NCBI GenBank assembly: GCA_017526745.1
Contig: JAFXQX010000001.1
Coordinates: forward strand, 530-64,529
Length of the DNA: 64,000 nucleotides
Direction: 5' to 3'
From: Lachnospiraceae bacterium
Lineage (GTDB): Bacteria; Bacillota; Clostridia; Lachnospirales; Lachnospiraceae
Made by a program: the position numbers and the translations under genes
Notes under the pieces: generated by a model
Database searches by the model: none
What the model was told of the DNA's origin: nothing
Seen by the model: only the letters and a program-made list of their open reading frames with translations
Shown here: in pieces, positions 46,424 to 54,441 of the stretch
Numbering within the stretch: the first letter of the stretch is position 1
Layout: each line of letters starts with the position of its first letter

Positions 46424-47377
46424 ATGTTTGGAAAAAGACCATTACCCGTATATCTTTTCACGGGATTTCTTGACGGAGGCAAAACGAGCTTCATCCGCCA
46501 GACGATGGATGAGGGACAGTTCAAGGACGGTGCCACAACGCTCTTTGTCATCTGCGAAGAGGGCGAAGAATCCATTGACATCATTCGCCTTAATGACAGT
46601 AAGTTTGTCGTAAGGACTATCGAGGATGAGGATGACGTAAAACGTGAACTGTTCGATACGTTTGAGAAAGAGGTAAGGCCGCAGCGGATCATAGTTGAAG
46701 CGAACGGCATGTGGGACATCAATGAACTTCTGGAAGCGATGCCCGATCACTGGCAGCTTGCGGAAGTCATAACTCCTGTTGATTCTACTACATTTGAGAT
46801 GTACCTTTCCAACATGAAGATGATGATGACCAACCAGTTCCTGTATTCCGATCTTGTCGTGTTCAACAGGTGCGACGGATCATATGACAGGGCGATGTTC
46901 AAACGTATGGTCAGGGCCGTCAACCGCCGGGCACAGGTGCTGTATGAGACTCCTGAAGGAGAGGTGGAGGATAATGTTCCGGAAGAACTTCCGTATGACA
47001 TCGATGCGCCTGTGATAGAGGTCGGCGATGAGGATTACGGGATCTTCTATATAGACATTTTTGAGAATCTTGCGAATTATATAGGAAAGACCGTTAGCTT
47101 TAAGGCGAAGGCCATGCATCCGAAGGATGTGAAGAAGGACAACATATTCGTTGTTGCCCGTCCGGCGATGACATGCTGTGCCGAAGATATCGCCATGGTC
47201 GGTTTTCCGTGCGAGTACAAGGATCAGGAGAAGGCAGCCGAAGGCTCTTGGATAAAGGTTGAAGCAACTGTGCAGGCTGTTATGAACCGTCAGACAAATG
47301 AACCGTCTCCCGTTATGGTGGCAAAGACGATCGAGGAAACAAAGGCACCGGAAGACGAGGTAGCGTACTTCTGGTAG
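46424..47377 (+). CDS. G3E-like P-loop protein lacking the CxCC motif, with a Cys-containing C-terminal domain
   Basis: Walker A is GFLDGGKTS and there is no GCxCC motif. The C-terminal segment reads VVARPAMTCCAEDIAMVGFPCEY. It lies 2 nt after the stop of the upstream COG0523 gene. Confidence 0.6.
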   Translation: MFGKRPLPVYLFTGFLDGGKTSFIRQTMDEGQFKDGATTLFVICEEGEESIDIIRLNDSKFVVRTIEDEDDVKRELFDTFEKEVRPQRIIVEANGMWDINELLEAMPDHWQLAEVITPVDSTTFEMYLSNMKMMMTNQFLYSDLVVFNRCDGSYDRAMFKRMVRAVNRRAQVLYETPEGEVEDNVPEELPYDIDAPVIEVGDEDYGIFYIDIFENLANYIGKTVSFKAKAMHPKDVKKDNIFVVARPAMTCCAEDIAMVGFPCEYKDQEKAAEGSWIKVEATVQAVMNRQTNEPSPVMVAKTIEETKAPEDEVAYFW

Positions 47378-47400
47378 ATGGGGCAGAAGCGGAGGAATGT

Positions 47401-48309
47401 ATGAAGATAGCACTTCTCGGAGCAGGTGCGGTCGGCGCATATTTCATATGGGGACTTGACGGAGTCGATCCGAAAGAAAAAGAGTTTACCGTCATAGCCG
47501 AAGGCGCCAGGAAGGAAAGGCTTGAAGGCGAAGGCGTAAGGGTCAACAAGGTCACGTATCATCCCGTTGTAAAAACGCCGGAAGAAGCGGGCCCCCAGGA
47601 TCTTGTAATAGTGGCGGTCAAGGGTAATGCCCTTTTGGATGCGGTAAAACTGCTGCCTCCGCTTATGGGCAAAAAAACGGCTGTAGTTTCCATGCTTAAC
47701 GGTGGTGATTCGGAAGATGTGATCGCCTCGGCCGTAGGGCGCCAGCATGTGCTTCACAGCATCATACTGATCGCATCGAGAAGAGCAGACGGAGAGGTCG
47801 TATTCGACACCGAATATGATACGACGATTTATTACGGTGCGGTTGATATTCCGGACAAAGAGATACTTCTTGCAACTGTCCGGAACGCTTTTTCGGATAC
47901 TCCGGTCAAGGCGATAGAAAGTGCGGACATCATGTATGATGTCTGGTCCAAATACGCCAAGAACATCTGTAATAATCTTCCACAGGCGATACTCGGAATA
48001 CCTGCGGCCCTTTATACGAGAAGCGAACACGGGCTCTTTCTGGCCAAAAAACTCTGGGCGGAGGTCAGAACACTCGCCCGCCTAAGGGGCATAGAACTTC
48101 CGGAAGAAGTCGGGATATATCCGTGCGCCGATTCGTCGAGATACTCGACGCTTCAGGATATCGACGCCGGACGCAGGACGGAGGTTGACAGCCTGTGCGG
48201 ATATCTGCTTGATCTGGCGGCAGAGAACAGTATAGATGTCCCGTATATCGAGTATACGTATCATGCCATAAAAGCACTCGAGGAAAAAAATGACGGCGTA
48301 TTCGATTGA
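47401..48309 (+). CDS. panE: 2-dehydropantoate 2-reductase family protein (ApbA/PanE)
   Basis: An N-terminal Rossmann motif MKIALLGAGAVGAYF and a C-terminal ApbA_C-like region containing STLQDIDAGRRTEVD are present. Confidence 0.7.
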   Translation: MKIALLGAGAVGAYFIWGLDGVDPKEKEFTVIAEGARKERLEGEGVRVNKVTYHPVVKTPEEAGPQDLVIVAVKGNALLDAVKLLPPLMGKKTAVVSMLNGGDSEDVIASAVGRQHVLHSIILIASRRADGEVVFDTEYDTTIYYGAVDIPDKEILLATVRNAFSDTPVKAIESADIMYDVWSKYAKNICNNLPQAILGIPAALYTRSEHGLFLAKKLWAEVRTLARLRGIELPEEVGIYPCADSSRYSTLQDIDAGRRTEVDSLCGYLLDLAAENSIDVPYIEYTYHAIKALEEKNDGVFD

Positions 48310-48334
48310 CGAACTGGATATGCTGTGATAAGAT
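48306..48334 (+). promoter_or_regulatory. sigma-A promoter driving the tRNA-Arg leader
   Basis: TTGACG (overlapping the panE stop), a 17-nt spacer, then TAAGAT. Confidence 0.55.
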
Positions 48335-48340
48335 AGTCAG

Positions 48341-48479
48341 GTCGCGTAGGGTTCCCCCTACCAACAATAATTAAGGAGACTCGCGCAAAAGGTCGCTCGG
48401 GCATTAGAATCGCCGTTGGCGATGGCCCTCGCGGTGTAGGCAGGGTCCCACCACTACGTGGTTCCCCCTACCAACATTA
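48341..48479 (+). ncRNA. structured ~135-nt leader RNA upstream of tRNA-Arg (unclassified)
   Basis: An exact 17-nt direct repeat GGTTCCCCCTACCAACA occurs at 48350-48366 and 48460-48476. The first copy sits in the hairpin GTAGGG-ttcc-CCCTAC. A central hairpin GGGC...TCGCC-gtt-GGCGA..GCCC lies at 48399-48428. No ORF is present. Confidence 0.4.
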
Positions 48480-48553
48480 GTGTGTGTAGCTCAGCTGGAT
48501 AGAGCGTCTGGCTACGGACCAGAAGGTCGAGGGTTCGAATCCTTTCACACACG
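48480..48553 (+). tRNA. tRNA-Arg (anticodon ACG)
   Basis: The cloverleaf folds by hand. The acceptor is GTGTGTG/CACACAC, the D-arm is GCTC-AGCTGGATA-GAGC, the anticodon loop is CTACGGA and the T-loop is TTCGAAT. Confidence 0.9.
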
Positions 48554-48554
48554 T

Positions 48555-48598
48555 AAGCCCCCAATGCCCTGTTTAGGGCGTTCCGGGCTTATTTTTTT
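48555..48598 (+). terminator. intrinsic terminator after tRNA-Arg
   Basis: AAGCCC...GGGCTT with an inner GCCCT/AGGGC stem, followed by ATTTTTTT. Confidence 0.8.
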
Positions 48599-48626
48599 GC
48601 CAAGATCAGCTGCCGGAGAAAAGGGG

Positions 48627-49538
48627 TTAAAGATCATCCGAGTGCAGTTTTTTACGATACTCTCGTGCCGAGCAGCCCATATACTGCCTGAAGATCTTAC
48701 CGAAATAGCTGTCTGATGCAAAGCCGCACTCCTCGCCTATCGCTGAGATGGATTTGCTGCCCAGCTTAAGCTCATCTGCAGCCATACGGACCCTGTATTG
48801 ATTGAGATAATCCATTGGAGTAAAACCTATCTGCCGCTTGAAGCATCTTGCACATTCGCGGGGACTTATGCCTGCTGAAGCAGCGATCTCTTCCAGATAT
48901 ATCTTTTCCCGAAAGTGATCATGAACATAGTTCATCATCTGTTTCATCCGCATGCTGTCGGTTGGATCGATGCTTCTGGAATTTCTGCGTATGCTTTCCG
49001 TTTCTTCAAGAAGTATCAGCCACAGTTCGGACAGGGCGGAGCGCGATCTCATTTCGTAGCCGAATTCCTCTGCCTTAAAATACGAAACCATCTCATCTAT
49101 CAATGTCATCATCCTGAGTCCGGCCTTATCATGCGGCCTTATCGCAAAGCAATCCAGATCCCTGCACATTGTGATGGGATTGACGTATTTTTCCTCGAAT
49201 ACGCTTCCGTATTCGCCCGTGAGAATGGACCTGTCAAAAAAGAATGTATAACAGGTTTTGCTCTTGGGATCATCTGTCCAGCTAACCGTGTGGAGCATGC
49301 TCGTGTTGACAAAAGCCGCCTCCCCGCAGTCCAATCCGATCGTCTGATCCGGAGTCTGAAGGATCATGCCGTCCCTAAGCGGAATGGTCAGTTCGAAAAA
49401 ATCATGCCAATGCCATCCGGCAATTCCCCCTGTCATTTTGGAGAAGTCCGTATATTTGACCACAAAGGGGAAATCCCTGCTCGAAGGGATCGATTCCCGG
49501 TTGTCCTCGTCGGTTGAAAAGTTGTAATTTACGATCAT
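48627..49538 (-). CDS. AraC-family transcriptional regulator (cupin sensor plus C-terminal dual HTH)
   Basis: The C-terminal region reads IYLEEIAASAGISPRECARCFKRQIGFTPMDYLNQYRVRMAADEL...ISAIGEECGFASDSYFGKIFRQYMGCSAREYR. Confidence 0.85.
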   Translation of the reverse strand: MIVNYNFSTDEDNRESIPSSRDFPFVVKYTDFSKMTGGIAGWHWHDFFELTIPLRDGMILQTPDQTIGLDCGEAAFVNTSMLHTVSWTDDPKSKTCYTFFFDRSILTGEYGSVFEEKYVNPITMCRDLDCFAIRPHDKAGLRMMTLIDEMVSYFKAEEFGYEMRSRSALSELWLILLEETESIRRNSRSIDPTDSMRMKQMMNYVHDHFREKIYLEEIAASAGISPRECARCFKRQIGFTPMDYLNQYRVRMAADELKLGSKSISAIGEECGFASDSYFGKIFRQYMGCSAREYRKKLHSDDL

Positions 49539-49602
49539 ATTTTTATACTATGCACGAAAAATATGCGATCAGGCTCGTTTTGGGCTGTCGTTATCGTTAT
49601 AA

Positions 49603-49655
49603 AATCTGTCCCCATATGTACTAACAAAAACTGTCCCATGCGTATATCATATAAT
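49603..49655 (+). promoter_or_regulatory. direct-repeat activator-type site plus -10 box upstream of the small gene at 49716
   Basis: CTGTCCCCAT (49606-49615) and CTGTCCCATG (49631-49640) are 25 nt apart. TATAAT lies at 49650-49655 with no credible -35 box. Confidence 0.4.
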
Positions 49656-49715
49656 CAGAAAGAGAGAAATACAAGTATTAAGACATTACATTTACATAAA
49701 AAAGGAGGGATCGAT

Positions 49716-49952
49716 ATGTTGAATTATTCAGTAAAGCTTGATTCGGTAAAAGACCTGGTTGAACTCAGAAAGATAGCGGACAGATACGGCATCAGAGGAA
49801 AGATCTCCCAGAACGGATTTTGCGGGGACATGCGTTCGGTCATATCGAACATGTTTTATCTTCCGCTGGTAGAAGCGAATATTGAGATAGACGGTTACAA
49901 AGAATCGCAGATCTCCTATATTAATGAAGCCATGGGGAAACTATCGGCTTAG
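49716..49952 (+). CDS. small HPr-fold-like protein (78 aa) without a His15 equivalent
   Basis: An AAGGAGGG RBS precedes it. The segment NGFCGDMRSVISNMFYLPLVEANIEIDG aligns by eye to the HPr region NGKxVNxKSIMGVMSLGIxxGxEIxIxxxG. No His is present in the N-terminal loop. The ORF-track start at 49563 is unlikely. Confidence 0.45.
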   Translation: MLNYSVKLDSVKDLVELRKIADRYGIRGKISQNGFCGDMRSVISNMFYLPLVEANIEIDGYKESQISYINEAMGKLSA

Positions 49953-49982
49953 TCCTTTCCTAAAATTTAATAACCGGATGGT

Positions 49983-50012
49983 AAAAGGAGCGGTTTAACC
50001 CCCGCTCCTTTT
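49983..50012 (+). terminator. intrinsic terminator
   Basis: AAAAGGAGCGG-tttaaccc-CCGCTCCTTTT. Confidence 0.8.
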
Positions 50013-50103
50013 ATCATTTTCCGAAAATATGTTGCCGGCTTGCCGATACTAAAACCGGCATATGTGGTATATTATACGTTGTAAGGAAGTTTTGTGACTG
50101 TTA

Positions 50104-50832
50104 ATGATGGAAGAGAATATGGATGGTGTATTGATAGGCGTAGGTGTAGGCCCCGGAGATCCCGGATCGCTTACCCTTAAGGCAATAGATGCGATTAAGC
50201 ACGCAGACGTGCTGTATATTCCCCATAAGGATGCAGATAAGTGTAGGGCATTTGCCACTGTAAAAGAAGCGGTTCCCGAAGCCTCGGAAAAGGAGATCGT
50301 AGGGTGCGATTTTGAAATGACCCCGGATCCTGAGGAAAGAAAAGAACGCCGCAATAGGATATATCTGACAGTAAAGGAAAAACTTGAAGCAGATAAGACC
50401 GTGGCATTTGTCACGATAGGAGATCCTTCAATATATTCGACATTTTCCTACATTGCCGATCTCGCCGCACGGGACGGGAAAACGGTCAGGGTCGTAAGCG
50501 GGATATCATCACCCGCCGAATGCGCAGCATCCCTGGGTATATCTCTTTGCGAAGGACAGCAGAGCCTTCATGTCATTCCGGGACCGGAAGGCCTGCCGGA
50601 TGCGTTGAAGCTTTCCGGGACAAAAGTTGTGATGAAGTGTCCCAAGGATCTGACAATAGTAAAAGAGAGCATTCGGGATCATATCAGAGTCAGTGGGCAC
50701 GACCTGTCCGTTTATGCGGTCACCGAGTGCGGGATGCCGGGAGAGAAGCAGTACAGGAGCCTGGAAGAGATCCCTGACAAAGCGGGATATCTTACGACCG
50801 TGATAATAAAGGAAAACAAGCAGAACGAGTGA
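50104..50832 (+). CDS. cbiL: tetrapyrrole (corrin/porphyrin) methylase, precorrin-2 C20-methyltransferase-like
   Basis: The N-terminus reads LIGVGVGPGDPGSLTLKAIDAIKHADVLYIP and the segment VAFVTIGDPSIYSTF is present. No other cobalamin genes are in the window. Confidence 0.6.
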   Translation: MMEENMDGVLIGVGVGPGDPGSLTLKAIDAIKHADVLYIPHKDADKCRAFATVKEAVPEASEKEIVGCDFEMTPDPEERKERRNRIYLTVKEKLEADKTVAFVTIGDPSIYSTFSYIADLAARDGKTVRVVSGISSPAECAASLGISLCEGQQSLHVIPGPEGLPDALKLSGTKVVMKCPKDLTIVKESIRDHIRVSGHDLSVYAVTECGMPGEKQYRSLEEIPDKAGYLTTVIIKENKQNE

Positions 50833-50845
50833 AAAGAGCCGGAAT

Positions 50846-52243
50846 ATGATAAGGGAAACCATAACAAACAACGGAATAGTAAGGGGAATGGCTGCCGATG
50901 ACCCGAGAGTCACCGTATTTCGCGGAATACCGTTTGCCGCTCCTCCCGTGGGCAAAAACAGATGGAGGGCGCCGCAGCCGTGCAAAAACTGGGAAGGTGT
51001 AAGAAAATGTTATGAGTTCGGTCCCATTTCGATGCAGGACCGGCCCGGACTTTCCGGGGATATATACTGCAGGGAGTTTCATGTTGATCCTGATATCCCG
51101 ATAAGCGAGGACAGCCTCTATCTTAACATCTGGACCGGTGCAAAAAGCACCGATGATCGGCTTCCGGTCCTTGTGTTCATATACGGAGGCGCATTTCAGT
51201 GGGGATATACGGCCGAGATGGAATTTAACGGCGAAAGACTGGCAAGGCACGGGATCGTCGTCGTAACCATCGCATATCGTCTCGGAGCGTTCGGATTTCT
51301 TGCCCATCCGCTCCTGTCAGCCGAAGATCCGCATAGTCCCTCCAATTTCGGGCTTTTGGATCAGCTTGCTGCACTTTCCTGGGTATACAAAAACATAGCT
51401 TCATTTGGCGGAGATCCCGAAAACATCACGCTTGCCGGCCAGTCGGCGGGTGGAGCGAGCGTGACGTACGCACTTGCAAACCCGGTAGCCGCACCGATGA
51501 TCCGTAAGGCTGCGATCTTTTCGGGGCTGATCAGGAACCCGTTTGTTCCCGACAAGATCCTCTCCCCGCAAACGCTTGAGGAGGCGGAGAATAACGGCAC
51601 GGAATTCCTGAAGTATATCGGATGTTCAACGATCGAAGAGGCTAGGGATATAGATTCCCGGACTATCAGAGACAGGTATAGGGAATTCGCATCATCACAT
51701 CCGAGATTCGTTCCGTGTATCGACAAAGTGCTTGTAAAGGATGATCCGTACAACCTGATGACCGATGGGAAATTGTCTGATATCCCGATCATGACGGGAT
51801 ATACAAAAGACGAATTTTTGGACAGTCTTCCCATAAGTGCAGATGCAAGTTCTGAGGCCATCAAGGCTGATATAATATCCCGTAACGGGCAAAAGGTTAT
51901 AAATACGGTACAGAATTCAGTCCGGACAGTAGCAAATGCACACTTGAGAAGAGGGGCGAACGCTCCGATGTACGTATATATGTTCGGGCCCGACATTCCC
52001 GGTCCGGACTTGCCCGGCGCATTTCATTCCTGTGATCTGTGGTTCTTTTTTGAGACGATACAGAAGTGCTGGCGGCCGTATACCGGAGCGCACTATGAAC
52101 TGGCAAGAAGGATGTGCGATTATTTTTCCAATTTTATTAAGACCGGGGATCCAAACGGAACGGGTTATGATGGGAGTGTTCTTCCGGAATGGAAAAAAAT
52201 CTCGTCAAAGGATCTTTCCGATGACGAGATGGGATTTACATGA
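50846..52243 (+). CDS. type B carboxylesterase (para-nitrobenzyl esterase-like)
   Basis: Motifs seen are FRGIPFAAPPVG, EDSLYLNIW, the oxyanion motif IYGGAF and the nucleophile motif GQSAGGAS. Confidence 0.85.
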   Translation: MIRETITNNGIVRGMAADDPRVTVFRGIPFAAPPVGKNRWRAPQPCKNWEGVRKCYEFGPISMQDRPGLSGDIYCREFHVDPDIPISEDSLYLNIWTGAKSTDDRLPVLVFIYGGAFQWGYTAEMEFNGERLARHGIVVVTIAYRLGAFGFLAHPLLSAEDPHSPSNFGLLDQLAALSWVYKNIASFGGDPENITLAGQSAGGASVTYALANPVAAPMIRKAAIFSGLIRNPFVPDKILSPQTLEEAENNGTEFLKYIGCSTIEEARDIDSRTIRDRYREFASSHPRFVPCIDKVLVKDDPYNLMTDGKLSDIPIMTGYTKDEFLDSLPISADASSEAIKADIISRNGQKVINTVQNSVRTVANAHLRRGANAPMYVYMFGPDIPGPDLPGAFHSCDLWFFFETIQKCWRPYTGAHYELARRMCDYFSNFIKTGDPNGTGYDGSVLPEWKKISSKDLSDDEMGFT

Positions 52244-52823
52244 TTATATCGTCGCCGGGCTTTTCTTCCGGCTCTTCATCAACAATATAGGTGTCGAGCA
52301 TTCGCTGCAGATCGACCCTTTTAACGGGACGTGAGATAATATCGACAACTCCCGGAGGCAGTTTGTTCTCGATCGCGGCCTGTTCTGACGGTTCGGCCAG
52401 ATAGACTATCGGGGTATTTTCCAGTTCCTTGTATGTTTTGATGATCTCGAGGACCTTTTTGGTTGACATAACATCCAAGTAGCAGTCGATAAAGATCAGA
52501 TCCGGTATTGTGCCGTTCAGATAGAAGATAGCATTCTTGGGATTATCGAACGTTTCCACGTCGTAATCACGTTGGAGATATATCTTCAGCAGGTCAAGGG
52601 TTGAAAAATCATCGTCGATCACGACTACGTTCCGTCTCCCGTCTGCAGACCTTTTCGGCTTGATATCCGGATATACCATATTGTCGGATGTGAACATCGT
52701 CGAATCCGGGGCCCCGTACGGTGATGAAGGTGATCCCGGAGATGAGGTTATCGGACCTGGTGTGCCCGACGATGATCCTCCGTTTATCAGACTGGATAAT
52801 TGTAGAAAAATATCGTCTTCCAT
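52236..52823 (-). CDS. single-domain response regulator (REC) with a Ser/Pro/Gly-rich N-terminal extension
   Basis: The REC motifs are VVVIDDD and DLIFIDCYLD, with a T/K region. The first ~70 aa are low complexity (GGSSSGTPGPITSSPGSPSSPYGAP). Confidence 0.7.
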   Translation of the reverse strand: MEDDIFLQLSSLINGGSSSGTPGPITSSPGSPSSPYGAPDSTMFTSDNMVYPDIKPKRSADGRRNVVVIDDDFSTLDLLKIYLQRDYDVETFDNPKNAIFYLNGTIPDLIFIDCYLDVMSTKKVLEIIKTYKELENTPIVYLAEPSEQAAIENKLPPGVVDIISRPVKRVDLQRMLDTYIVDEEPEEKPGDDIIM

Positions 52824-52883
52824 GATTATTTAATTCTACCATTTTTTTATCCCTCTAACAAATATTATTTGTAAGGGGAGACA

Positions 52884-54068
52884 ATGGAGGTCCATATGGA
52901 TTATTCTATTTTGCTTGAACTGGCCATGATCATTTTCCTGGCGAAGGCTTTTGGCATACTTTCGCGAAGGATCAAAGTTCCGCAGGTTGCCGGAGAGATA
53001 GTCGCCGGGCTTCTGCTGGGGCCGTCGGTCCTGGGGCTGTGTACGGCTAACAATACCACGGAAGTGTTTGCTGAGATCGGAGTTATAATGCTGATGTTTG
53101 AGGCAGGCCTTGATACGGACCTAGTCAAACTGAAAAAGTCAGGGGCCAAAGCATTCTCTGTAGCGTGTATAGGCGTCATCGTCCCGCTCATAGGCGGATT
53201 TGCGCTGTATGGAGCTTTTTACGGATTCTCCTCGCCGCCCTCCAAAGAATTCTATACGGCGCTGTTTATGGGTACGATATTGACCGCGACCAGTGTTTCG
53301 ATAACCGTTGCGGCTCTTTCCGAAATGGGAAAGCTTGGTACGGATGTCGGTACCACGATCATAGGAGCCGCAGTCATAGATGATGTTCTCGGTATCATCG
53401 TGCTCACGCTTGTTGTAAGCGGGGCCGGAGGGGAAGGCAACGTCGGCATAGTACTTCTTAAGATCGCTCTTTTCTTTGCCGCTGCATTTGCTGTCGGATC
53501 TGCCGTTCACAAGATCGTGGTTTGGCTTGAGAAGAAGCATCCTCACACTCAGCGGATCCCCATATACAGCCTTGCATTCTGTTTTGCGATGTCATATGCG
53601 GCCGAGCAGTTCTTTGGTATTGCCGATATTACGGGCGCATATACTGCAGGCCTTGTTTTGTGCACTATAAGAAGCAATTCATATGTGGAGAAGAAGATCG
53701 ATATCAGCAGCTATATGCTGTTTGGGCCTGTCTTCTTTGCCTGCATCGGATTAAAGACCGATCTGTCCGGTGTCGATCCGTCCATACTCGGGTTTGGGAT
53801 ATGCTTTATAATCGTAGCGCTTATCACCAAGGTCATAGGCTGCGGTATCGCAGCAAAATTCTGCGGTTACGGCTGGATGGACTGCCTCAGGATAGGAGCC
53901 GGTATGATGACAAGAGGAGAGGTCGCGCTTGTTGTTGCCCAGAAGGGATTGTCGGAGGGAGTGCTGAGTTCGGTATTTTTCCCGGCAGTCATAATGATGA
54001 TAATCGTAACTTCTGTCGCTACTCCCGTTATCCTGAAAATATTGTTTTCCAAGGGCGAAGTGGACTGA
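52884..54068 (+). CDS. cation:proton antiporter (CPA2/Kef-type)
   Basis: The N-terminus reads LLELAMIIFLAKAFGILSRRIKVPQVAGEIVAGLLLGPSVLG, followed by MLMFEAGLDTD. There are about 12 TM helices. An alternative start lies at 52896. Confidence 0.85.
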   Translation: MEVHMDYSILLELAMIIFLAKAFGILSRRIKVPQVAGEIVAGLLLGPSVLGLCTANNTTEVFAEIGVIMLMFEAGLDTDLVKLKKSGAKAFSVACIGVIVPLIGGFALYGAFYGFSSPPSKEFYTALFMGTILTATSVSITVAALSEMGKLGTDVGTTIIGAAVIDDVLGIIVLTLVVSGAGGEGNVGIVLLKIALFFAAAFAVGSAVHKIVVWLEKKHPHTQRIPIYSLAFCFAMSYAAEQFFGIADITGAYTAGLVLCTIRSNSYVEKKIDISSYMLFGPVFFACIGLKTDLSGVDPSILGFGICFIIVALITKVIGCGIAAKFCGYGWMDCLRIGAGMMTRGEVALVVAQKGLSEGVLSSVFFPAVIMMIIVTSVATPVILKILFSKGEVD

Positions 54069-54146
54069 TTGGCGCTTGACATGCTTTCGGTCATGCTTTA
54101 AACTGATTATCGATGATTACAACTTATTTTGTTATTTAGGAGGATT

Positions 54147-54392
54147 ATGATGGAAAAAAGATTTGACAAGAATCTGTATGTTTGGGTATTCACATTTCTT
54201 CTCGGCGGTCTCGGAGTTGACAGGTTCGTAAGAGGACAGATCGGTCTTGGTATCCTTAAGCTGATAACATGCGGCGGATGCGGTATCTGGTCTCTCGTTG
54301 ACTGGATCATCGGTCTTACAAAGGCTTATGGTGCTGCTGCATTCGGATCTGAAGCAGAGATCGTGTTTGTTGACGGACAGTACACAAAGTAA
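54147..54392 (+). CDS. TM2 domain-containing small membrane protein
   Basis: An AGGAGG RBS precedes it. The segment reads FLLGGLGVDRFVRGQIGLGILKLITCGGCGIWSLVDWI. Confidence 0.8.
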   Translation: MMEKRFDKNLYVWVFTFLLGGLGVDRFVRGQIGLGILKLITCGGCGIWSLVDWIIGLTKAYGAAAFGSEAEIVFVDGQYTK

Positions 54393-54413
54393 AAAGCAAA
54401 CAGTCATCATAAC

Positions 54414-54441
54414 AACGGCCGTTTTTGCGGCCGTTGTTTTT
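54414..54441 (+). terminator. hairpin between the TM2 and DUF2752 genes
   Basis: AACGGCCG-tttttg-CGGCCGTT followed by GTTTTT. Confidence 0.6.

Noticed and set aside
48346-48356. UAGGGUUCC at the start of the tRNA-Arg leader resembles the 5' end of the ykkC/guanidine-I riboswitch consensus.
   Set aside because: The other conserved blocks of that riboswitch (GGUCCGAGAG, ACACGG, GGGAUAAAA..CCCGGGAG) are absent. In addition, the downstream gene is a tRNA.
48480-48716. A 78-aa ORF starting MCVAQLDRASGYGPEGRGFESF.
   Set aside because: It is the translation of the tRNA-Arg gene and its terminator. The two ORFs at 62809-63024 and 62826-63020 likewise cover tRNA-Pro.
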